This document shows positions 9,320 to 20,100 of a stretch of DNA of 64,000 bases, piece after piece. The notes under the pieces are model-generated. The model saw only the letters and a list, made by a program, of their open reading frames with translations, did not search any database and was not told the DNA's origin. The stretch comes from Candidatus Bathyarchaeota archaeon (GTDB lineage Archaea; Thermoproteota; Bathyarchaeia; Bathyarchaeales; Bathycorpusculaceae). A program made the position numbers and the translations under genes. Location: assembly GCA_963826715.1 (NCBI GenBank), contig CAWGYA010000002.1:256001-320000 (forward strand), in the 5' to 3' direction. The number at the start of each line of letters is the position of its first letter. The first letter of the stretch is position 1.

Positions 9320-9467
9320 GACCTCTGCCCAACAGCCGCGCGAAGCGACTGTTTACGGGTTTCTCTATGACCGCTCCAGAGATTCGTCATTCTCCTCGCG
9401 GAGTCAGCAAACCCGTGTGTGCTTGCTTTCTGGAGCCCGTCGTCATACCTGTCTAGACTACGACCCC
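9292..9467 (-). tRNA. tRNA-Trp(CCA) with two introns (37/38, 69 nt, 9361-9429; 43/44, 30 nt, 9325-9354), CCA end encoded
   Basis: GGGGTCG/CGACCCC acceptor, ACGGG-CTCCAG^A-CCCGT anticodon arm, GTCGG-TTCAAAT-CCGGC T arm; relaxed BHB at the second intron. Confidence 0.9.
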
Positions 9468-9617
9468 ACCGTGGGTCTAGTCGAAGCATAAAGTAGAGGT
9501 GCATCCATAAAAATATTTATGCCCAACCCGCGGCATCAAGTGGATTACCAAGCTAAAAAAAATAAACTTTAGTTCTACCTAAAAAAATTTCAGATCAAAT
9601 TTAAAGATTGAAGCTAG

Positions 9618-9902
9618 TTATTTTCGTCTGTTCAGTTTAGTAACCGAAACAACTGTAACGCTACCAGCAATCAAGAGAGCTAAAATAAGAACTAAAGCGG
9701 GGAATTCGGGAATCACAGCTGCAACCAAATCCACTGATGATAAGGGTTCAACCAAACTGATGCTCCCATCTGCTCCACGGGTAGCAAATTCTGCATCCAA
9801 CGCTAAAGCGGCGTTACCTGTACTTGTGACTTTAAACGATATTGTAGCAATGGTCCCGCTCCCACTAAATGATGGGGTTAATGTCATGGCAGATATAAAC
9901 AC
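9618..9902 (-). pseudogene. C-terminal fragment of a cohesin-like surface protein with PEF-CTERM sorting signal
   Basis: FSGSGTIATISFKV...L.L followed by IPEFP + TM + basic tail; no signal peptide or N-terminus. Confidence 0.6.
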
Positions 9903-9906
9903 AAAG

Positions 9907-10068
9907 ATGCAAAACGCCGAAGGGCTAAAAGAGGTTAACTTGCCCTGCGGTTGTATTTACCATGACAAAGGCTGGATTCTAATGCGCATCGAGGAATGCG
10001 AATATCACCACCGCAAAAGAAATACCAAACGATCCTACCGGCCCAAAGCCGAATGTGTTAGACCTTAA
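9907..10068 (+). CDS. Cys/His micro-protein (CGC...EC..HH...YRPKAEC family), copy 1
   Basis: 53 aa; clear paralog at 29537..29695. Confidence 0.7.
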   Translation: MQNAEGLKEVNLPCGCIYHDKGWILMRIEECEYHHRKRNTKRSYRPKAECVRP

Positions 10069-10137
10069 ACCCAGTGATAATAGGTAAGTAAATTTTTTTT
10101 CACTTATCACCATAAAAGCAACCCCGCAAATACAGTA

Positions 10138-10647
10138 GTGTGGAAAACATGTCTTAGCCAAGCTCAAACCGAAAGCCTCGAGGAAATCATATTCAAAACT
10201 TTAGGCAACCAAAAGAGAAGAGACATCCTGCGTTTTGTTGGAGAACACAAAGAAGAGACTTTTACTGAAATCAAACACGCCGCCGAAATTGATGATAGCT
10301 CACTTGTTTCCTACCACATCAAAGCTTTAGAGGTTCTAATTTTCCAAGCCAAAGATAAGTATAGGCTTTCGGATTTGGGTCAGGAAGCATACTATTTAAT
10401 TGTTAAAACTAACAGTTCTGCAGGCAATAAAATAGTTGTTAAGACTCTTAAAAAAGAGTTGACATTCCTCATTGTTGCCAATGCTTTGCTTTGGGTAGCT
10501 GCATTTTTTGCGGTTTCGTATTTCCAAGAAAACATTAACCACGCTCTGTCTTCGACACTGATTCTTTTGTGGCTGGTCAGCAACGCAATCATCTATGGAA
10601 TTTCACAGACAACTAAGCAAGATAACTTCCGAAAAAAGTTCAATTAG
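10138..10647 (+). CDS. ArsR-type wHTH regulator with two C-terminal TM helices
   Basis: IFKTLGNQKRRDIL...FTEIK...VSYHIKAL...YRLSDLG + hydrophobic tail. Confidence 0.8.
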   Translation: MWKTCLSQAQTESLEEIIFKTLGNQKRRDILRFVGEHKEETFTEIKHAAEIDDSSLVSYHIKALEVLIFQAKDKYRLSDLGQEAYYLIVKTNSSAGNKIVVKTLKKELTFLIVANALLWVAAFFAVSYFQENINHALSSTLILLWLVSNAIIYGISQTTKQDNFRKKFN

Positions 10648-10711
10648 CAGTTGAATACTAATAGTATTTTTCCGCAAGCCATTTAACCTTCCAGAAACCT
10701 TTTCTATCAGC

Positions 10712-11803
10712 ATGTCCCAGCCTCTTTCATCATCCGTGCCTAAACCTCAAAGTGCCGCAAAACGCATCCTAAAAATCGCTGTTCAAGTCATTGTAATGGT
10801 AGCGATTTTCGCAGCTTTGTTCTGGTATATTGGGTTAGATTCTCTTTACAACGCCTTACTTCACATTAGAATGGAGTATTTGGCGCTTGCTTTTCTGATG
10901 TACTTTGGTATCAATGTGTTTTTTGCGATTCGACTTAGACGTGTGTTAGCTAAAGGCGGCGTTAAAACGTCTTTCGGCAAGACTCTGCTAGCACAGTACG
11001 CTGGAATGCTAACAAGCGACGTTACACCAGGACGTTCTGGTTACATCCTGACACCCGTCTATCTCCGAGACCAAAACGTACCTGCTTCCAAAGGACTCTC
11101 AAGTATCCTGGGGATTCAAACAATAGAGTTTCTGGTTAAAGTAGCGGGTGGAATAGGTGCCGCCATATTCCTAATTCAGACAGTGCCAGCGGGAAACTGG
11201 CCCCCCACGACAATCTTCGGAATAAATGTAACATTCTTTGTCATAGGATTAGGTATAGCTTTAATGTTAACTGGCGCCCTCGTATTAGCCGCTATTTCTT
11301 GGTCCGAGAAAGCAATAGCCATCTTTGATCGAATAGCAAATTCGCGCTTCCTTAAAAGATTCACAGGTGGCATAATGGGCAAACTTGATGAGTACAAGGA
11401 TAGCGCCCAAAAAACTCGTTCAGCAATCCCAGAAATCTTCCTTTTGACAATGGTTTGCTGGATTCTTAAAGGCTTTGAATGGTACTTCTTGGGTTTGGCG
11501 TTAGGTCTTACTCAGATACCTTGGATAGGCTACTTTTTAATCCATCCCTTAGTAACTGCGTTAGCCTTTGTTCCTATCACTCCAGCAGGCGCTGGTATTC
11601 AAGAATTCGGAATCGTTGGCATTCTGAGCCTTCTGTTCGTTAGTCCAAGCCCTGAAATAGTTGGCGCTATAGGAGCATTCGCGGTACTTGCCAGAGGCTT
11701 ATTGATAATAGAGGATCTGGCAGGCGTTCCTCAGATTGTGAAGTCAACTAGCTTGATTTTTTCTCGCAATAAAAATAAAGAAATCCCAATTGCCCCACAG
11801 TAA
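10712..11803 (+). CDS. lysylphosphatidylglycerol synthase TM-domain / flippase-like (UPF0104) protein
   Basis: TPGRSG and PITPAGAGIQE motifs, multi-TM. Confidence 0.85.
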   Translation: MSQPLSSSVPKPQSAAKRILKIAVQVIVMVAIFAALFWYIGLDSLYNALLHIRMEYLALAFLMYFGINVFFAIRLRRVLAKGGVKTSFGKTLLAQYAGMLTSDVTPGRSGYILTPVYLRDQNVPASKGLSSILGIQTIEFLVKVAGGIGAAIFLIQTVPAGNWPPTTIFGINVTFFVIGLGIALMLTGALVLAAISWSEKAIAIFDRIANSRFLKRFTGGIMGKLDEYKDSAQKTRSAIPEIFLLTMVCWILKGFEWYFLGLALGLTQIPWIGYFLIHPLVTALAFVPITPAGAGIQEFGIVGILSLLFVSPSPEIVGAIGAFAVLARGLLIIEDLAGVPQIVKSTSLIFSRNKNKEIPIAPQ

Positions 11804-12251
11804 GCACTTTAGAGCTGCCTTAGTAATTTCATGGATAGAGAATTGAAATGGTGACCATTCTTCAAAGGTCACACCATTAAAAATCCTTCATTTAGCCAAT
11901 AGACCCTTTCATAACTCAGATGATTCGAAGTTAGTTTTGTTGAATAAAGATTTTTCAAAAAAGTAATTTTTAGTTGGCATGTAACTAAACCAAAAATAAT
12001 TATGAATATTTTTGGTGAATCCATTGATTTGGTTGGGAAATTCGTTTTTTGATATATTTAAGTTTCTTCTATCTGGAACTGGTAGCCAGACCAAGGAGAA
12101 AAATTAACTATAAAAGTACAGAGGAAGAACCTTGAAAACGTTAGAAATTCCAACTTCTGAGCGCAAAATGGGAAAATACACAATAGAAAGGAAATAAACT
12201 ATATTATTGGAAACATTAAACAAATTAAAAAATTAACTTGAAGGAAAAGTA

Positions 12252-13412
12252 ATGGCGGAACCTAGTAAAATTCTGATTGTTGACGACGAAGCGGGTATTC
12301 GGGAGGCCTTGCAAGAAATATTAATTCAAGAAGGCTACAAAACAGAGACCACACAAACTGGGAAAGAAGCCTTAGAAGTTTGCCAAAAAGAAAACTTCGA
12401 TGTTGCAATCATAGATGTAAGGTTACCCGACATTGACGGTACAAGTTTGCTGGAAACATTGAAAAAAATTGACCCTAATCTCATCAGGATCATAATTACG
12501 GGGCATCCCTCCCTCGAAAACGCTGTTCAATCACTAAATTCAGGAGCTGATGGATACATAGTCAAGCCCTTCAAACCTCAAAAATTACTAGAGCAAATTA
12601 AAGAACATCTTGAAAGACGCCAAAAAGACAAGTGGGAAAATCTGCTGATTAAAACCGGATTATCAGCCTATGAAGCAAAAATATATCTGGCCCTAAGCTT
12701 AGATGGCTGCTCTGAAGCCGGAAAACTAAGCTTATCTTCAGGCGTACCAAGAACAAAAACTTACGCCTCATTAAAAAAACTTGTTCAAATAGGTCTAGTT
12801 TTTGAAATCCCCGGAGAAACACAAAAATTCTCAATTGTAACGTCATCCAACGCCTTAGAAAATTTTGTCCAAAATTGGAAAAATGACCTTGCAGAACAAA
12901 CCACAACTCTAGTTGAACTTGAAAAAGCAATATCAACCCTTGAGTCAATTCAAGAAGAAAAACAAGCATCAGAAAATACTGGCATGAGAAAAGAAGAAGT
13001 CTGGTCAATTCACGAAGATGCAGAGATAACAAGAGTAACTGGCGAGATACTATCTAAGGCAAAAACTTCAGTTTGTGTTGTTACAACAGAAAAGGGCTTA
13101 GTTATGTTCTGTAAGAATTTCAACAAAATACTTGATGAACTAGCTGGAAAAGGAGTTGAAATTCAAATTAAGGTACCTGTTGACTCGTGTAACTCATCTT
13201 TTGTACATGAGCTTAGTTACATGTACAAAGTGACGAATTTACAAATTACAATGCCTATCTTCCTACTTATTGTAGACCAAAACAAACTGCTAATGACTGA
13301 TTTAAGAAAAGACGATCAAAAAATCAGTTCAAAGACAGAGTTTGGGTTATTCTCACAAGATGGAACCTTAAGCTCTCACGTTGTTTCTTTATTAGGGTTT
13401 GATAAATTATAG
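12252..13412 (+). CDS. response regulator: REC domain fused to TrmB HTH and effector domain
   Basis: ILIVDDE, IIDVRLP, IITG, YIVKP; GLSAYEAKIYLAL...SGVPRTKTY..LKKL. Confidence 0.88.
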   Translation: MAEPSKILIVDDEAGIREALQEILIQEGYKTETTQTGKEALEVCQKENFDVAIIDVRLPDIDGTSLLETLKKIDPNLIRIIITGHPSLENAVQSLNSGADGYIVKPFKPQKLLEQIKEHLERRQKDKWENLLIKTGLSAYEAKIYLALSLDGCSEAGKLSLSSGVPRTKTYASLKKLVQIGLVFEIPGETQKFSIVTSSNALENFVQNWKNDLAEQTTTLVELEKAISTLESIQEEKQASENTGMRKEEVWSIHEDAEITRVTGEILSKAKTSVCVVTTEKGLVMFCKNFNKILDELAGKGVEIQIKVPVDSCNSSFVHELSYMYKVTNLQITMPIFLLIVDQNKLLMTDLRKDDQKISSKTEFGLFSQDGTLSSHVVSLLGFDKL

Positions 13413-13510
13413 AAAGTATTTCAGGATGACAACTCCTGGTATATAAGGTGGCTTTTAATCAGACAGCTTTAGGTTTCTTTTTCTTGCTTTAATGAGAATA
13501 TTAAAGTAAA

Positions 13511-13664
13511 TGGTCGGGAGAGCAGGATTTGAACCTGCGACAGCTCGGTATCTGTGGCCTAGACAGGCTAGAATGAAGCCCACCAGTGGTAGACCTCTAC
13601 AGCTTCTCCGCCAACTATACGAGATAGATGGCTCGAGAGCTCTGCCAGGCTGAGCTACCTCCCG
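13511..13664 (-). tRNA. tRNA-Tyr(GTA) with two introns (30/31, 30 nt, 13604-13633; 37/38, 47 nt, 13550-13596), CCA end encoded
   Basis: C1-G72 acceptor CGGGAGG/TCTCCCG; CTCG^G-CTGTAG^A-CCGAG; BHB motifs at both introns. Confidence 0.9.
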
Positions 13665-13789
13665 ACAAATTCCATAAAGACAGTGAGTAAGAATTTATGT
13701 GTTTTGGATTTATTGTCAGGCACCCGTCATACTAAACGTTTTAATCTGCTACAAGAGTGAAATTAACAAAAGAGGAGGCACAGAGAAAA

Positions 13790-14755
13790 ATGGCAAAAAC
13801 AATAGGCATAGTTACTTCAGGTGGAGATGCCCCAGGAATGAACGCAGCCATCCGTGGCGTCACTCGAGTCGGACACGCTATGGGCTTTAACATCATTGGG
13901 TTTGAACGCGGTTGGGACGGACTGTTAAGTAATAACTTCAAAAAACTTACACCCCGCAGCGTTGGCGGCATCATCCAGTTAGGCGGCACAATGCTTCATA
14001 CTCTGCGTTGCCCCAGTTTTGAAGAGAGAGGCGGTGTTGAGAGAGCAGCGGAAACATTAGCCGTAAATAACGTAGATGGACTCGTGGTTATTGGTGGCGA
14101 TGGTTCATTCAGGGGGGCACTTGATTTGAGTCATGTCAGCGAAACCCTGATGATTGGTATACCAGCCACTATTGACAATGATGTTTACGGTACCGATGAA
14201 ACTATCGGCTTTGATACTGCAGTAAATACCGCTGTAGGCGCCATCGACAAAATCCGGGACACCGCTATTAGCCATGAACGTATATTCATCGTGGAAGTTA
14301 TGGGTCGAAAAAGAGGCTTTTTAGCGTTGGAAGTCGGCATTTGTATAGGTGCCGAGGTTATCCTAATCCCTGAAAAGCCGTTGACCGTATGCGATATAAT
14401 CAATATAATGGAGAATAACGCCAAAAAAGGCAAACGTGCAGGCATAATCGTTGCAGCAGAGGGGTTTGGCAACTCAAGTAAAATAGCTCAGGAAATTCAA
14501 CAACAAACTAAAGCAGAAGTTCGGTTATCAATTTTGGGTTATGCCCAGAGAGGAGGAAGTCCAACGGTGAGAAGCAGGCTTTTGGCTAGTTTGTTTGCGG
14601 AGCGAGCTGTTGAATTGATCTGTGAAGGAAAGGGTAACATGGCAGTCGGTCTTCAAAATGGCGCAGTCTCAAACCTAGAGCTTGAGAGGTCAGCCAAAGA
14701 ACGCAAACCATTAGATTTGCGGTTACTTAAGGTGGCAGAAATGCTCTCGATATAG
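13790..14755 (+). CDS. pfkA: 6-phosphofructokinase, PfkA family (probably ATP-dependent)
   Basis: TSGGDAPGMNAAIR, GGDGS, PATIDND, EVMGR, GYAQRGG. Confidence 0.95.
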   Translation: MAKTIGIVTSGGDAPGMNAAIRGVTRVGHAMGFNIIGFERGWDGLLSNNFKKLTPRSVGGIIQLGGTMLHTLRCPSFEERGGVERAAETLAVNNVDGLVVIGGDGSFRGALDLSHVSETLMIGIPATIDNDVYGTDETIGFDTAVNTAVGAIDKIRDTAISHERIFIVEVMGRKRGFLALEVGICIGAEVILIPEKPLTVCDIINIMENNAKKGKRAGIIVAAEGFGNSSKIAQEIQQQTKAEVRLSILGYAQRGGSPTVRSRLLASLFAERAVELICEGKGNMAVGLQNGAVSNLELERSAKERKPLDLRLLKVAEMLSI

Positions 14756-14767
14756 GCACTCGCCTTT

Positions 14768-16015
14768 TTATATTACTGATTCATAGATTTTTAGTGTTTC
14801 TTCCGCCACTTTACGCCAAGTAAAATAATCCAGCACCCTTTGGCGTCCGTTTATACCCCATTTCCTTGCTGACTTAGGGTCTTTGAGGGTTTCTTTTATG
14901 CCCCATGCTATATCTGCTGGGTCTGCCCCATTGATGTGTACACCAGTTTGCCCGGAACCACCGTTAACCACCTGCTCTCTGAAACCCACTACCCCTCGGG
15001 CGCCCACGACAATAGGTTTTTCAAGTGCCATAGCCTCTAAACTGACTATACCAAATGGTTCGTACGTTGAGGGAAAAATGCAGATGTCTGCAGCGGCATA
15101 ATGGAGAATTCGTTCTCTTTCCGACACGAAGTCAAATCGGTAAACGACATTATCCGTGATATTTAGTCGCTCAGCGGTTTCCGCGACGTCGGCTTGCTCT
15201 TCTCCTTTTCCTAAAATGACGAGTTTGGTTTTTGGGTATTCTTTTAACACCAAGGGCATAGCCTGTAACAAATTGTGAACACCTTTAACCCATGCAAGTC
15301 TTCCAACAAACAGCAGCATGTTCCATCCATCTGGAATATGATAACGTGCCCTAATTTCCAGAGCGTCTGACTTTTGGATTTTGGCTGGGTCATATCGGTC
15401 TGGGTTTACTCCGTTCCAGACTACACTGATTTTGCTCGGTGACCAGCCATGTCTTATGAGGTCTTCTTGCATAGCGTAGCTAACCGTTATAATTTTGTCT
15501 GAGTTTTGTGCCATCGCGCGTTCAAAATGAGAGACAACCTCAGAACCTTGTCCTCCGCTTCGACCCCACTCTGTGCTATGGGTGTGAAAAACAACTGGAA
15601 TTTTTGTCTCATTTTTTATGACAAGCCCTGCGATGCTGCTAAGCCAGTCATGCACACAGACAACGTCAAAATGGTAGTTATCTTTGCGAATGAGGTTGTT
15701 GATAAATTTAGTTGCAGATAGAATGTTATAGATGAAGATATCGTTGAAAAATTTTATGTTAGTACCCCATTTTTTAAGGTCATCTGCCACAAAGAAAGGC
15801 CAGATGTTGGTTGCGTCAGCTATTAGTGGACGGTGAACTTCAACTCCACGCAGGACCTCATTAGTTTTTAAGCCACCATTGTTTAATGTGAAAACTGTAA
15901 CGTCATGTCCGATATCTATGAATTCGCGCGTCATATATTCCGCATATGTCCCGAGTCCACCGACTAGCTGCGGAGGATACTCATAAACGAAAAAACCTAT
16001 CCTCAACAAACTCAC
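14768..16015 (-). CDS. glycosyltransferase family 4 (glycogen synthase-like)
   Basis: EYPPQLVGGLG, HDW, HSTE, YEPFGIVSLEAMA. Confidence 0.88.
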   Translation of the reverse strand: MSLLRIGFFVYEYPPQLVGGLGTYAEYMTREFIDIGHDVTVFTLNNGGLKTNEVLRGVEVHRPLIADATNIWPFFVADDLKKWGTNIKFFNDIFIYNILSATKFINNLIRKDNYHFDVVCVHDWLSSIAGLVIKNETKIPVVFHTHSTEWGRSGGQGSEVVSHFERAMAQNSDKIITVSYAMQEDLIRHGWSPSKISVVWNGVNPDRYDPAKIQKSDALEIRARYHIPDGWNMLLFVGRLAWVKGVHNLLQAMPLVLKEYPKTKLVILGKGEEQADVAETAERLNITDNVVYRFDFVSERERILHYAAADICIFPSTYEPFGIVSLEAMALEKPIVVGARGVVGFREQVVNGGSGQTGVHINGADPADIAWGIKETLKDPKSARKWGINGRQRVLDYFTWRKVAEETLKIYESVI

Positions 16016-16129
16016 CTTGCTTATTTCAACTAGTATTTGGAGCTTTTATACTTTAACTACCACTCAAGTATTGTTTTTTCTCGGATATACTTTTTATTTT
16101 TGTTACACTTCTTTAATGGGGTGAAAAAG

Positions 16130-16668
16130 TTGAAGTCAGCCTTGATTATTTATACTTCAAACACGGGGAACACTCACAAAGTGGCCCAAGCAATCAAAGA
16201 AGGATTAGAAAAAGGCGGATTGCAAGTCGAAATGAAGAAACCTCAGGAAGCCAGCAGTACAGACTTCTTTGATTACGATTTAGTCTGCATGGGCACACCC
16301 TCGATTGAGTGGCAACCAGCAAAACCCATAGCTGACCTGCTGAAAAACAAACTGAACCTTTACCGTAGCCAAGGAAAATCTTACCTTCTGCCCCCAAAGT
16401 TGCAGGTAAAAACGCCCTAATATTCTGTACCTATTCAGGTCCTCACACAGGCATTGATGAGGCAACACCAGCAGGCAAGGTTATGCGGCAGTATTTTGAG
16501 CACTGGGGCTTTTCGGTTCTGGGCGAGTGGTATGTGGTTGGCGAGTTTCATGGCAGGTTGGATATGAGTATGCAGGGCAGGCTCGGTGACATCCGCGGCA
16601 GACCAACAGAGCAAGAGTTGGCGAAGATTAAAATGGATGCAGAGCAGATGGCGAGCCAGCTAAAGTAG
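16130..16668 (+). pseudogene. flavodoxin-domain protein interrupted by a frameshift at ~16375
   Basis: IYTSNTGNT...CMGTPS in one frame continues as ILPSAPKVAGKNALIFCTYSGPHTG...MRQYFEH in another; one A missing in GGAAAATC. Confidence 0.75.
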
Positions 16669-16677
16669 TGGCGGATT

Positions 16678-16908
16678 ATGACTAAGACTTTGAGTTTGCC
16701 GTTGCGGGTCTACGAGGACCTTGCCCGCGTCTCTGAGGAGCTGTCGCTAATGGCGAAAAAACCCATTTCGACGTCGATGGCTGTGGATTTGCTTTTAGAA
16801 ATCTATCGTGCACACCTAAGCAATCCCTGTGCTCTGGACGCGTTTAGTCAGCAGATACGCAGCTTAAACTTGATGGCGCCAGAGGAGTTTGAACAGTTAC
16901 TGGGATGA
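16678..16908 (+). CDS. small hypothetical (RHH-like N-terminus), possibly frameshifted near the C-terminus
   Basis: MTKTLSLPLRVYEDL...; an alternative frame continues YWDENINKK. Confidence 0.6.
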   Translation: MTKTLSLPLRVYEDLARVSEELSLMAKKPISTSMAVDLLLEIYRAHLSNPCALDAFSQQIRSLNLMAPEEFEQLLG

Positions 16909-17173
16909 GAACATTAATAAAAAACACCAGAAGCACAAGTGAAAACAAAAAAGTAACCTATAAAAGACTCGTTCCCTCCCAACCCCCTGTTTGTCAGTGG
17001 GTCAAGTTTGGGCTGGTTTTGTTTTTCTATTATTAGATGATTGCAGAGTCGCCCTTACTCATAATCTTCGGGGGGCTTGGCCGAGGTTACTTTTTTCTTT
17101 CATACTGGTACCGCAATGCAGATTGGTTGTGGGCAGCTTCTGCAGGTGAAATCGGTTAAATTCTGGGTTTTGA

Positions 17174-20100
17174 TTAATCCAGAAAGGTTAGTGCAAAAAT
17201 CCGTCGTGGGTTGGCGCCGAACGTGGCTTGCTCGGTGATTTGGCTGAAGTCGCCTGAGGCGTAGATTTCCTTGAAAATTTCTTGGAGGTTTAGGGTGGTG
17301 TTGTAGTAGGGGGTTGTTCCGCCGTTTTCGTAGGCGAAGAGGTACTTGACGTGATTTTGCTTGCACATCCAAAGCAACTCGGTTATGTTGAAGGTGGGCG
17401 TGTAGGTATCTACGGGCAATGTGGGGTACTGGTAAATTTGGATTTGGCTGTTTCCGTTTTCGGCGAGGTAAAAGCGCACCATGTCTTGACTGAAGAAATT
17501 GAACGGGCTGAGCACCATGATGGATTGGTTGTTATCCATGCGGTCCATGGCGTACACAGTGGCGGATTCAATTGGGATTTGCACATCAAAATATGACACC
17601 ACCGCGTAGGTTTCATAGACGCTGTAGGCAGCGGCACCCGCAACCAAAACCACCAGCGCACCCGCCGCCGCCTTACGCAGCCGCGCCCTGTTCAGGGCTC
17701 TTTTGCCGTTCCAAGCGCCGACTTTGCCGTAAAGAAACATAATCAACGCGGAGGCTGCGATGGCTAAGGTGGGAAACAGAGGCAACACATAACGCCACTC
17801 CTTGTTGGTGATTAATGTGAAGAAGACATAGACGCAGGCGAACCAGACGAGGACGAATTTGTCGGCTTTTCGGTGGCGCAGCGCAAGAAAAACCAACCCC
17901 GCCAAACCCAATGCGTAAAGCGCGATGGAGATAGGGTGGAAGGCATCGTAGGGCCAAACCATATCTATAAAGTAGAATATGGGCGCTGGGAAGCGGCTAC
18001 TGTAGGCGAGTTTTTCGGGGTTGCCCACCTGCAAGGCATAGAGCCACTGGGTAAGAAACGTTGACGCATACACCTGATACGCAACCACAATCCACGGCAC
18101 CACAACCAGTACGGCAGTGACAACCAGAAGCGTGAAACGCAAGAATGCGCGCTTAAGCAGCCCCCGAGCTAAAAACAGCAAACTCACCGCCATAACCACA
18201 ACCGCAACTACCATCTGATACTTAGTTAAAATCCCCAGCCCCACCGATAAGCCAGCCAAAACCATGTATCGGTCCTGCTTGTTCTGCAGCCAAAGATAGA
18301 AGAGCAGCAATGAAAGGGTGAGGAAGAAGAGCAGCATGGTTTCCAGCAACGCCAGCCGCGACAACCAAAAGAAGCCAGGCATAACCGCCAGCAAAACAGC
18401 GGCGAGCAAAGCAGTTTTGGAGTCAAACATTTTTTGGGTAAGCTCAAAAACGACCCACAGTGAAAGAAACGCAAACATCACCGAAACCAACCTGGCGGAG
18501 AAGAGGCTTACCCCAAAAGCGTAGAAGGAAAAGACGGTTAGGCAATCAAACAGCGGCGGATAGAAAGCTGAGTTGACGAAGCTTGTGAAGTGCCCTGCCT
18601 GCAGCGCTACGGCGCCGTTTAGGTGGACGACTTCGTCCCAATCCAGTGGGTAATGCGTTGTGCTGAGGATCAGAACCGCGGCGTAGGCAATGGCGAAAAT
18701 TAGGAATGCTACTCGCCACTGGGTAAAGGCAGCTTTCAGCCTTGAAGAAGTAGGTGTGGGGGTTGATGGGGCAGTCATGTTCTCAGCGGCGGGTGTGTTT
18801 ACCATTCTGGCGGCTTGTGATATAAAACCTTTCAACCAAAGGGCAAACACCCAAACTCTGTGCCTAAATGCATAGATTAGCCCAAGCAGCAGCGCTCCAA
18901 AACCCAGAAGCTGAACAGTCATAAGGGGGTTGCTGAGGGTAAGCGGGGTGCGGGTTGAAAATGCGTAGCCGTAGTCGACATTGGGTTCCACGCGGTACTG
19001 CAGATAGTCGCGGCGGGAAACCGCGCAGGTGGAGTAGATGCTTGAAGCCAAAGATGCCGCAAGCAACACCACCGCCGCCAGAGCAGCCAAAGTCAGCAAC
19101 AGCCGTCGTCGACGAAGCGCTGACTTCGCAGTAACAAATAGCAACGAGCTCTTTACACTCAGGGACGCCGCCAGCAGCGCAAAGAAGGGTAAGGCTTGAT
19201 AGTCATATTTCACTGCGCCAATATAGGGTATATTTAGGTTCAAAACCGCGCCCAAATACGTGTTAACACCCAAAACAGCCAGCACTGTCACTAAACATGC
19301 GAAGTCAATTATCGATGTTTTGGAGAAATACTTTCTAAGCGAAAATCCCGCAGCCAAAGAAAACGCCACCGCAACTATCACGTACATACCGAGCCCATAA
19401 TTCACCATAAAATTGGCGACAAAAAAAGGCGAGATAGCCACGCCTGTGCTGGCAGGAACAGTGTTTGAGAAGTCGTTGTGGACAAAAAGTGACAGCAGCG
19501 ACCGACCCAGAAAAACCTGATACCACATAAGAGAAAACAAAAGTGTGGGCAGCGAAAAAGCTGCTAACTGAGCCGCAACACGCCCTGTGCCTTTAGGTTT
19601 CGACGGGAGGTAGAGAAGCAGAAGAGGAATCAACACGAAAAAGGCATAAAATTTGGTGAGAAAAGCCGCAGCGAAAACCATCCCCGCAGCCAACGCAAAC
19701 TTAATGGAGCCTTTGCGTATAGCTAAGACTCCAACGTAAAGACTGAGGAGACTAAAGAATAGACATTGTGCATCGATGAGAAAGCTGCGGGATAGAACGA
19801 GATGCCAGGGGTTTAAGCCGAGGAGTACAGCAGCAAAGAAGCCTGAAGATTTGCCGTAGAGTTCTCTGCCGAGAAAGTAAATAGTCGCCACGGAAGCCAG
19901 CCCGAAAAGCGTAACCAAAACCACGCCCACATCCATTGACACCCCGAATGCCCTAAATAACAGCCCTTCAAGGTAGTAACCAAGCGGTGGCTCGTCAATG
20001 ACAGTGCCGAAGCCCGACACGTAAGGAATGCCAATCTTTGCTACATTGGAGGCTGCTTCAAACTCAAGCTTGGTATCCCAAGTTTGGTAGGGCCCCATAG

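Noticed and set aside
9320-9504. N-terminal 60 aa of the 365-aa integrase ORF
   Set aside because: It is the tRNA-Trp gene read in frame; the true N-terminus is Int(N) at 1828
16371-16380. Programmed -1 frameshift in flavodoxin
   Set aside because: No canonical slippery heptamer or clear downstream structure; neighbouring lesions suggest decay or error
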